DNA of 61,649 bases, the filler included, from Stramenopiles sp. TOSAG23-3 (lineage: Eukaryota), in NCBI GenBank assembly GCA_900128585.1. It is 6 parts of 6 records of this genome, joined end to end, with 100 filler letters (N's around TTAATTAATTAA, not from the genome) between each part and the next. Parts side by side here need not be neighbours in the genome. Positions count along the whole stretch, not along the records: positions 41,202 to 51,376 come from LT642842.1; 5 more parts are not named here. One strand, 5' to 3'. Of this stretch, positions 41,551 through 51,476 are shown in pieces. The notes beneath the pieces were generated by a model. That model was not told the DNA's origin. It did no database searches and saw only the letters and a list, made by a program, of their open reading frames with translations. The position numbers and the translations under genes were made by a program. Within the stretch, counting starts at the first letter, position 1; every line of letters begins with the position of its first letter.

Positions 41551-44500
41551 ATGGATAATGAGTCGGACAAGAGTGTATATACAGACGACAATCCTGCCAT
41601 GACCACGAACTTACTTAGGAACAATTCCAAAGACTTTGCCCATGTTAATGGTGGCAAAAAGAGACCGCCAATGGACTCAGACAAAGACTTGGAGTCGCAG
41701 GAAGCAGTGGCCATGAACGAAGAAGATCGCTCCAATGACCCCCGCAACAAGAATGTGTGGAACGCTAACACCTGGAAAGACAATACCCTTCCAGTTGGGC
41801 CAGACCTATTTACCAAATTTCCCCTGATGGAATTTCGTTCACGAAGGAAAAAGGTATCTGACTGCAAAGCATTCCTTCTACCGATATTAGTACTTTGTTG
41901 GTCGTTGGTTCTGTTTACGGCTTACTTTTGGATGACTTCCCAGAAAACTGTCGGACATTTGCGGCTCGATCAGGTGTCTAACATCACCATAAGCACAACA
42001 GGATGCGACGTCATTTTCCACCATCCAAAAATGGCGCAGAGCTGGAATTTTCTAGGTCTGGGCAAAGCATTCACGCAGGATTCGTGCGAATTCTTGATTG
42101 CTTCACAAGAGCATCTTTCACCATGCATTTCGTGGATATACAATGGCAAGTTTGACCTTTCAAATTTGTTCACTGACCAGACCTACAGGAATTCCAGCGA
42201 ATCCGATGGGAGTGGCGTTGTTGCCAGGAATACATCAACAGGAGTCGTTGTAAAAGCGTTCGAAAGATTAAACTCTTTTACGCCTTGCAAAGTCAACATT
42301 TGGGCAGCAGACCCGCTAAAAACAGTGACAATAATCAGTACTATCAGGCACATTGACGTCAAGAAAATCGACTCTGAAAGCATAAACCAATCGTGCTGTT
42401 TAGTCCGATGTCAGACGGGTCTGTTTCAGTTGAAGGCATTGGAAACCATGATCTAGCAGCAGTGGCCAGGTGGACTTTGTTCTTCAGCATTAGTCTTGGC
42501 GCCCTTACATTTTGCTGTTGCGGCTGCAAAGCAATACATTTGCCAAAAAAAATAATTACAAAAAAATATAAAGAGATGATCAAGAAGAAACGAAAACTAA
42601 GTCTTACTGAGAGGCAAATACACCTGGAAAGAAGGTCAGCGAAGCTTTGATTGGAGAGGGAGGAAAACGGTTTTTTTTGGGACGACAAAGAGCTATGGAA
42701 AAAGTACAACGATGAAAAGAAGACAAGAAGAGCAAAGAAGAGGAAGAAAGATAACGAAAAACAGCGCAGGCAAACGAATATCAATTTGCATGAAAACAGC
42801 TATTGCATGAACGTACCGTTTTTTATGGATTCAGAAAAAATTGAATTTATAGATTGTGCAATAATGTCACTTAATAATGTACTAGACATTGAACTAAGAA
42901 AAGCGAATGTGGGAGAAGAAATCGCGACGGCTGTACATGGAAACAAGGCTAAGTGCATGTCGGGGTGTAGCAAACAAGCACTTAAAAACAATTGCTCCGC
43001 GATGTTGCGTCCTTTCTTCTCTTTGTTGAGAAAACTTTCGAGCATAGTGTATTCTACTGAAGACACTTCTGACATTGAATGTTTGCGTAACAAGTTTACC
43101 ACGCTTCAGAACAGCGACAGTTTTGCGCTTTCTGTCAAGAACATCGAGGACTTGGAGAAAAAGTTAATCAAGATCGAGAGTGCCTGGTTAGAGTACAAAA
43201 AAAACCAAATCGGTAATATTGACAAGCTGTCTTTTTGGGAAGTACCTTTAATTTTCTATGAGTTTCGAATCAGGCCTTCCAAGGCAGGCGGCCTGGAAGT
43301 TTTTTTAAGAAACCATCTTTTGTACGAGAAAAAGGTATTGGCTCAATGGTGGTCGGGCTTAAAAACCAATCAATGGCTGTGGATTCTCACTAAGTTCAAG
43401 ATTAAATCTTGCATGAATTTAAAAATGCAATATGTCAGAGAAACTGCAAAGATAAAAATTTCTGATGGAAATAATGACCACTCTGAGCCAGCAGGAAAAT
43501 TTGAAGAAAGCTTTCGTAAGCTTTCCAACTCTAAAGGTATTTCACTGGCCAACCTACAGGCACGGTACGATGAGTATCGTTTCGACAGACAATTGAAAAA
43601 AAAACAAGTCAATGTAAATGCTATCGAAAAAATGCTAAGCCGAGAGTGCTTTGATATAAACTATAACCGGGAAGAACGGCGGTTAACCGAAGTCGTTTTT
43701 CTAAACAAACCAGTGACCGGCATAGACTATCTCTACGAGTCATTGATCTGGCTTGGGCTGGTTGCCTCACAGGAATTTTTGATACTATTCTTATTGTTGC
43801 CCGGTGCGGCAATCATACTCTTTCACCACCACCAGGCCAAGTTTTTCACTGCATCGCCCATGTTTCAGTACGAAGACTTGCGATATCGTCCATATACTAT
43901 CGCTAGAGTGTATGAGATGGAACCCCTGTTCGTCCCTATCGTTCTTGGTTTACTGTACTTTGTGTTGGCAAACCTTGACTTGTTCATATATTACGTGTCC
44001 TCTAGTTTATTGGAAAAACCTAATTCAGACAAATATTTCAAGACAAAAGATACTGTTAGGCAAAGAGAAAGACCTACAAAATCTAGTTCGGGAACCATGC
44101 GCAAACTGCAAAACATTGCAAAAACGTCTTGCTGTTTCTGTTGTGACTCAAGATCGCTGCACGAGTACGAAATTTACAGAAAAAATATACTCAGGGATGG
44201 GACTGTTGACAGCTATATTTGTATCAAGAAAGACGATGAAGGTAACGTGGAAGTTACATCCATGACAAAAGACTCAATAACCCGTGTTCCGACAACTAAA
44301 GACAAATGCAAATCAGTCCTGTATGCTATTGCACGAAGGGTTTGCAGGATTATCCATTTCTTGTTCAGACTGTCCATTTACTTGTTACTGTCTTTTTACT
44401 TGGCGTATGCTACCACTGTCCTGATATGGTGGATTTTGGGGGCAATAATTAACCCAGAGAGAATGCTAGCTTTTGCATCTGCAGGAATGGTCTTCGTTGG

Positions 44501-46928
44501 GACATTTTACAAGTTAGTGTCTGATTTCATGGCTATGAAACACGAAGCAAAGTTGCAGATTAAGGTGTACGTTTCTGAAATGTTTGAAAGAATCATAAGG
44601 AGGTCAAAGAATGAAATTGGTTCAAGCGTTGCTGCAGCGACTAGCAATGTAAAATTGCCAGCTTTACCGGGCGTTTTCTCTGCTTTGACAAAGAAAAAAT
44701 CCCCCCTAGAAATCTACAACAAGCTAAAAACGGAGGACGGCATAAAAGAACTCGTAAACGATGTTCTGAATTTACAATTTCAAGACTTGTTGAATGGCAT
44801 TATTTACCGGATTGTTGATAACAGCATTGAGAAGATAAGCAAAGACCTGGAGAGCAAGCCAGGCCGTGGACAAGACGACATTGAAACGGACAAGATGGTA
44901 AAACGAGTACTGCTTCTTGAAAACAAAATCTTTGAAGTATTGAAAAGTGAATCGCCAACTAGCACTTTAGCAAATTTATGCAAATCTCACGTCCCAAAAA
45001 GCATCCATCCGAATTTATACGTTTTAGACGAGCTTAGCAAGAAGGCTCACAAGTTCGAGTTTGCTCTTCTCATTCTTAAAGAATTTGTCAAATGTCTTAT
45101 GCACCCAAAGCCTGAGCTCGCAACGTCTTTTAGGTCGTTCCTAGGAAAGACGCTGGAAAAAATGGTTGAAAAATACTGCTGTAAGGAGGAAGACAAGGTG
45201 CCCAAGCCAGACAAGGCGCCTGTTCGCCTCGTGTGCTACACAGTGGGCTTATTAGCATCCCGAGACAATTTCTACGCTCACGTTTGGTTGAATAAGTTAG
45301 AAGCAGAAGCACTTACCATCGTTTCAGAAAACAATGCGGACCCGAACACAAAGGAATATGTAAAACTTATATTTTGGGTCGCAGGCGTGCTGTTTGAGGA
45401 TGAAAAGATATTTCTAACGTTTGTGCACCACATTCTTGATATTTTTTCTTTTGTAACGAAGACGAAGTCAAATGATACCGTAAAAGGGAACAAAAGGTCG
45501 AAGAGCGCAGACAAGAAAACACTTCCATGCACATTACTGATGAAGAATATCTATTTGGTGAAGGTTTTGTACATTCCTCAAATATTAAAGCAGTGGAACA
45601 GCATTCGGACTGAAGAAGATGTAGAGGGTTTGGTCAAGATTCTTAAAGATGTCCAAAACGATGTAATCAGGATGATCCCAATCGCTTTGAACGGCGGCAC
45701 GCAGTTCTTCCAGTCTGGCACGTGGAAAATAGGATTATCCCGAATTACAAATTCATTTTTTCCCAACCCTAACCCAAAGAATGAAATCTCTTTGACAAAA
45801 TCTGAATCGGATGAGAATAATATGAAGGGCTTTAAAACATTGGTAAACCTTTTTGGCAGAGTGATTCAATTGCTTTTTTCTGTTCCCGCCGTGAAAATGA
45901 ACAACAAGGATTTTCAGAAAATTATTGAAAACGAGAAAAAAATATTACGAAAGATAGACAGTAAGGAGGACACGACTGTTTTGAGTCTGGAAAAGAAACA
46001 CTCAGATGAAAAAAATACCGTCACTGATACAGACATAGTGAGCGTGTTTCATAATTTCCTTGACGAAATAATTTTGAAAAATATGAAGGTGCTTCCGCAC
46101 AGGCACATGCCTGACGTTTTAGAGAGTCTGACACGTTGGCTTGCCGGACAAATGATTGTAAATGAAAAAACAGGAGATCATGAAGATGTATTACACAAAA
46201 ACATAAAAAAAGTGGAAACATTTTATTCCCATTTTCACGCAATCTTATCGTCATCGGACAGTCCTGCTCAAACGCTGCAGCATGGAAAAAAGATAGTGAT
46301 AGATTTCGTTGAACTCTATTTGCCAAATGAGCTCGACAAGGCCCTTACTTTTATAAGGGACGGGGAGAGAATTCGGAACACAGCAATGAAATTGAAGTTG
46401 AAAGCAATGCAAGCAATGCGTGATGTTTCACCATCCGATAAGTACGACGCAATGTTTTACGAAGTGGACACTAGTGGTGATGGAAAAATAGATTATGCAG
46501 AGTACAAAATGCTATGTAACGATACTTTGAGCTTGAACTTGAGCGAGCACAAAATGAGACAACTGTTTGCCAATTCAGACGTTAGCAACGAAGGTAACCT
46601 GAACATTAACGAATTCAGAGGAGCCATGGATAAGCTCCAGGCTGAAATGTCAAAAAGCGTCCTCTCAAGGCTGGGATTAGGCCGCCAGGATCTTCTGAGT
46701 TCTGTTTTATACGTTGTAGTTTCATTGGGTTGCATTCTAACTTTCATACTTTTTGGATTCCACGCCTTTACTGGGGGAAGCGCAATAGCCGCAGGAATCG
46801 GAGCTTTGCTGCCGCTGGTAACAGGATTTACAGGGAAAGCAATGGGGCTCCCACAAACGTTCAAGCGCGTGGATCTAAGAAAGTTAATCGACAGAGTGAT
46901 GAAGGAAGATTTTCAGGAAAGCAACTGA
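41551..46928 (+). pseudogene. Large multi-pass membrane protein with C-terminal EF-hand pair, disrupted by a frameshift (about 42378-42393) and an in-frame TGA (42648-42650)
   Basis: Three consecutive ORFs (41551-42456, 42393-42650, 42651-46928); the last two share a frame and are separated only by TGA. Several TM segments; EF loops DTSGDGKIDYAE and DVSNEGNLNINE. The 42651-46928 part is an intact 1425-codon frame. Confidence 0.65.
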
Positions 46929-47043
46929 AGACAGTTCGAGTTAGAATGCTTAAAGTCTTAGTACTTTTTCCAAAAAAGAGACACAGCGCCTTAGAGAACA
47001 GTTTACCTAAATAACCGCCATTTTATATTAATTTAAAATTATA

Positions 47044-47270
47044 ATAAAAACAAGAAAATTGGCTGTTATTTAGGTAATTAAAATTAATGTACTGCGAACT
47101 GAACTCTAAATTTCGAACTTATCATCCGATATCTCACTCATAGGTGACTCAATCCTTGTACAAAATTATATAAATAATCATTTTCGCGGTATAATAATAT
47201 TAAAAACAAGAAAATGAAGACGATAAATTTTAATTACTAAAAAAAAAAACAGCCAATTTTTTGTTTTTAT
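47044..47270. mobile_element. Two back-to-back deleted copies of the dispersed repeat family
   Basis: The reverse complement of 47044-47159 reads ACAAGGATTGAGTCACCTATGAGTGAGATATCGGATGA...AGTTCGCAGTACATTAATTTTAATTACCTAAATAACAGCCAATTTTCTTGTTTTTAT. The plus strand 47179-47270 has CATTTTCGCGGTATA and AACAGCCAATTTTTTGTTTTTAT. Confidence 0.75.
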
Positions 47271-47473
47271 TGAAGTACTAATACTTGGTAATTGATCTTC
47301 CTGTAGCATGGTATTATATTATCGTACGGTACCGCCGTGAAAATGTAATAAATGGTATATAATTAATACGAATTTATAATTTTTTGTTTTTAATTTACAA
47401 ATCGAGGAGCAGGAAACCTCTGAAGCAGACACACACACGCAATCAACCCCGCCGGCACATTTCTTGTTCGCAG

Positions 47474-48703
47474 TTAGGCATCATATCGTTGATATGACAA
47501 AGATTTCACAGGACTGATGATACCATTGTCCCCCAAGGGATTGTCTCTTCTAAATTTTTCAGTAATGTTTTTTGTAGCTTTGGTAAAATCGTCCAAGTAT
47601 TTAAAAAATTCCGGTGTTGGAATGGCACTGCCCCCCCCCGTTACAGGAACGGCATTCGCCTGGTGCTGTTTGGAACCATTTCTTTTGGCCGCACTGCTCG
47701 CAGCAAAGGCACGCATTTGCATTTTCACATTTGCCTGCGTTGAACCTGCCTTCTTTGCTCTTCTAATAATTTTACTTACCCCAATGCTTCCTTTCTTTGC
47801 CAATTCAATTTCTGCAGGATGAAGTTGCACCGCTGGGGCGAGCCTCATCTTCTCCTGCTCGTGCTCAGACTTCATCCTTTTCAACCTCGCCTCGAAAAAA
47901 CTCTGGTTCCGCTCTAATTCAATTTTTCCGTGGGATTTTATATCCTTTGATTCTCGTTCTAGGAATTCAATCCTGGCCTTCTGAGCGGAAATCAGGGTTT
48001 CTAACTGAAGAATTTTTGCTTTCAGTTTACTAATGGACACTTCGTGCATCTCTTCCAACTGAACCTTTTCCTCCTTTAGTGCTTGGGCATCGTGCATGTA
48101 CTTTTTATCGGCTGGCGTGAGCAGCCCTAGGGATGTAATCTTTACACGTGATCCAGGCGTTTGCTTTCCGTTCGATTTTTCAGCACGCCTCGATGGGGAT
48201 TTTTCAGAGGGGGAAGTCGCATAGCCCTCGCCGTCGCGTTTGCCCTGCGGCGCGTTTCTTGCGTACGGGCTGGCCGCACTTCCGTTTCCCATGCGTTTTG
48301 GCGTGGACGTTGGAGTCTTTAGAAGGCCTTTTTCTTCGGAATTACTGGCCTTCTTTGCAACTTTCTTTCTTGACACGCCCTTCCCGTGCGTGGAAAAATT
48401 TCCCAATTGGGCAGGTGGATTTTTGTTGAACGGTTCTCTAAAGTTAGGCAGGTCCATTTGTCCCAGAAGTGCTTGGGCATACGTGTTTCGCAACCGTTTC
48501 CACACCAGCACAGTAGTGGGTTCATCAAGTTTTTTGACCCAGTTGCGCACAATTGCCTGCCTTGTACGTTTGAGGCTAACATTTTTTTCTAATATGAGCG
48601 TCTTCAGTGTTTCATACTCCCGGTCGCGTTTATTTTTTGTGTTTGTTTTGGCCGCGACCTGCTTCTGAACAGCAGACCATCCGCTTTTTCTTCGCGTGGC
48701 CAT
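47474..48703 (-). CDS. DUF4485 (CEP112 N-terminal-like) domain coiled-coil protein
   Basis: WVKKL......WKRLRNTYAQALL.QM....FREPFNKNPP matches the DUF4485 pattern I recall; a coiled coil follows. Confidence 0.8.
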   Translation of the reverse strand: MATRRKSGWSAVQKQVAAKTNTKNKRDREYETLKTLILEKNVSLKRTRQAIVRNWVKKLDEPTTVLVWKRLRNTYAQALLGQMDLPNFREPFNKNPPAQLGNFSTHGKGVSRKKVAKKASNSEEKGLLKTPTSTPKRMGNGSAASPYARNAPQGKRDGEGYATSPSEKSPSRRAEKSNGKQTPGSRVKITSLGLLTPADKKYMHDAQALKEEKVQLEEMHEVSISKLKAKILQLETLISAQKARIEFLERESKDIKSHGKIELERNQSFFEARLKRMKSEHEQEKMRLAPAVQLHPAEIELAKKGSIGVSKIIRRAKKAGSTQANVKMQMRAFAASSAAKRNGSKQHQANAVPVTGGGSAIPTPEFFKYLDDFTKATKNITEKFRRDNPLGDNGIISPVKSLSYQRYDA

Positions 48704-49545
48704 TTTCGTCGCTTAGTTCGGTTTTGCAGCGATGCCAATTCCTCTACAACACACCCACTTATTAAAATAGAAGCAAATGCACAGGTCGCCAAAAAAAAAC
48801 AATGTTCATTCACTGTAACCCCCTGCTTGAAAACCACCAACCACTTTTATTGTAAACACACCAATACTAGAACTAATAACTCTTTTCACGGAGCACGGCA
48901 AAGTAGTCTGCTGACGACGAGAAGAAGAAGAAAAAGAAGAAAGAACAACGAGAAGAAAGAGGAGAAAATCGTCCTTCTCGCTCAATGCTTCTTCTTCCTA
49001 TTTCCATGCTAATCTATACCATTAATCATTTTTTTGCGCAATTCTAGTAGCATGTAGTTATCAACTGAATGTAAAAACCGAACCCACCACAAAGAAACTG
49101 AAAACGAACAAATTTTGGGTCGATTTTACCCAAACTGGTAGTTAAGATTATTTAGACTATTCTATAATTCTATCTATGATCAAATGCATCAATGTTATAA
49201 TAAATTTAGCATAGAATCTATTTTAATATGTATCCTATAAAATAATTCAATTAACTACAAAAAATAAATATCTAAAGAAGAAATATCGATTGCCAAGTAG
49301 TAGAGAAAGAAAGACGTAGTTTTCGTCTTCTGTGTGATGAGATAGAAGATCAAAATAATAATACGCAAAAGACGAATTAAACGGGGGGAGTCAAACAATT
49401 CACACGGTAAAACTTTTATAATGATATCTAAATAACAGCATTCGTTTTGTTTTTTTAAAGCAGGGGGTGTTTGTGTTCCTCGTTTTCACCAGTTAGCATC
49501 AGTTGGCGAAAGAAGGAAGGGGAGAATGCGGACGACTGAATAGTG

Positions 49546-50880
49546 ATGTTATTGGCTAACAATGGGAAGAATACTGAAGCAGCGTCGTTGTGCGAAATTC
49601 TAGTTGGCCATCTTGTTCTTGATGGCGGCGCTTGCCTTGCCACGGGCTTGCCTTACTACGACCCAAGGATCCAAAAGTTGTTGTACGCGCAACGATCAAA
49701 GTTGCTCAAATTTTTAGAAAGTTACCCTACTATATTTCATTGCACGCGGCCCACGGAACGCTCGCATATCGTGTCACTTGTGAATGTTGATAAAACTGTT
49801 GACTTTAGCAGTCACATCAGAAGCGCCCTCTCCGCGTGCAATGAAGAGACAGTCGTCTCATCGCTAGAGAACAAGGCATTGGCTTTATTGAATTCGCGTA
49901 TGTTGAAGTTGCAAAGACGAAGCGTAAAGCGAAAAGAAAGCGTCGACAAAGTGGAACTGGGTGCACCGGTTCACTGGCTCGTTAAAAGGCTTCACACGGA
50001 CCTGCACACTTACCTTCGTTTGAAGCGTTTTTACTGCAACGATGCGCGCCCAAACTTGACAGGCGCAATAGTAGGGTCAGCAGAATGGCACCTGGCAGCT
50101 TTGAAGGAGCTGCAATCTTTTCTTGGCGCCCGTCCCACGTTGTTTCTGGTGATAGGATCACTAGTGTTCCCGCTGAAAGAACCGAAAACAGTGGTGGCAC
50201 CACCAAAATTGAAGCACGCCAATCATTTGGTGGCTACCGATGCCGAAGGCATGTTCAGTGTGACTTGCGGGAGGTCTGCAAAAGAAATGGTATTACTGGT
50301 GAAAAAGTATTACATGAAGTGGAATGGAGGAGGATGCCGAACACGTTTTGTTGACATGACTGCAGGCGTGGGTAGCATCGCCGTGAAATCTTTTCGACAC
50401 TTTGACCGTGTCGATTGCTACGAGACCGATCGAACGAGGTACCAGTTACTCCTGGAGAATGTTAAAAAACAATCCTCCTGTGGGTCTAGCACTGCCGAAG
50501 TGACGTGTTACTGCGAAGATAGCATAGCGGGTATGCAGCAGAGAAATAGGGCTCCTGTATGCGCCATTTTTGACCCACCGTGGGGTGGATTGGGTTATGA
50601 CAAATCGAACGAGATTCTTTTCAACAAGAAGCCGTTGCGTACTATTCTCGAAGAGCTTGCGGGCACGGGGGTTAATGGCGATGGTAGGCGCAGCAAACCG
50701 CCGGTTTCATTGGTTGTGGGCATAAAGTTACCTCTGGGGTACGATATCAAGAGACATTTATTGCCACAAAACGATGATGGCAAAACTGACGTTCGGCCGA
50801 CTTTCGTCACCCTTGTGCATGTGAAGAAAATTTGGAAGCAGCTGTTTGCCGTCTTCTACCTGGGGAGAGCCGTGACATGA
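49546..50880 (+). CDS. Trimethylguanosine synthase (Tgs1/Tgs2)-like cap methyltransferase with an unrecognised N-terminal region
   Basis: VDMTAGVGSIA (motif I), YETD..RY.LL..NV, IFDPPWGG..Y and IKLP motifs. First ATG is 49546. Confidence 0.8.
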   Translation: MLLANNGKNTEAASLCEILVGHLVLDGGACLATGLPYYDPRIQKLLYAQRSKLLKFLESYPTIFHCTRPTERSHIVSLVNVDKTVDFSSHIRSALSACNEETVVSSLENKALALLNSRMLKLQRRSVKRKESVDKVELGAPVHWLVKRLHTDLHTYLRLKRFYCNDARPNLTGAIVGSAEWHLAALKELQSFLGARPTLFLVIGSLVFPLKEPKTVVAPPKLKHANHLVATDAEGMFSVTCGRSAKEMVLLVKKYYMKWNGGGCRTRFVDMTAGVGSIAVKSFRHFDRVDCYETDRTRYQLLLENVKKQSSCGSSTAEVTCYCEDSIAGMQQRNRAPVCAIFDPPWGGLGYDKSNEILFNKKPLRTILEELAGTGVNGDGRRSKPPVSLVVGIKLPLGYDIKRHLLPQNDDGKTDVRPTFVTLVHVKKIWKQLFAVFYLGRAVT

Positions 50881-50906
50881 TGTGAATAGAACGCAATAAA
50901 TTTCAG

Positions 50907-51370
50907 GAGATAAGTTCGCAGTACATGAAGGAACGTAAACCTTTAATGGACAAAATGAGCAGGATCCACATTCGTAAGGGACTAATGCAGCAGGTTCACT
51001 TTCGTGGTATATGTAGAAGATATAAAGTGAGAGTCTTAAAGCATACTCTCTATAATATGTTTTTTTCTTCTTAAAACCACACAAGGAATGATTCATCTAT
51101 GACTGAGATATCGGATGAGGAAGTTGATTAGGGGTCTTTTGACATCGACGCAATTCAATACACCGATTCGGATCATGCATGGAGTACACATGAAAATGAT
51201 AGTCAAGACAAAGTGACAAGGGCAATATTGATTACTAAAATCACAATAGTTGAGATCAGTTCGCAGCACATTAATTTTAATTACTTAAATTAACAGCCAA
51301 TGTTCTTGTTTTTAATTTACTACAATTTGTAAGTATGTAAATAACAGGCCGCCAATTTTTGTTTTTAATT
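50907..51370 (+). mobile_element. Partially tandem copy of the dispersed repeat family with duplicated end motif
   Basis: 50907-51013 matches about 12765-12847 and 51076-51270 matches about 12600-12781. The end motif is at 51282-51316, with a degenerate second copy at 51334-51370. Confidence 0.75.
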
Positions 51371-51376
51371 TCAGAT

Positions 51377-51476
51377 NNNNNNNNNNNNNNNNNNNNNNNN
51401 NNNNNNNNNNNNNNNNNNNNTTAATTAATTAANNNNNNNNNNNNNNNNNNNNNNNNNNNNNNNNNNNNNNNNNNNN
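51377..51476. other. Artificial contig linker
   Basis: N44-TTAATTAATTAA-N44. Confidence 0.98.

Noticed and set aside
42648-42650. In-frame TGA as evidence of a reassigned genetic code or selenocysteine
   Set aside because: TGA is a normal stop for conserved genes here (e.g. HECT E3 at 32601, SET at 36651). The context is not a redox motif, and I see no SECIS-like element after 46928.
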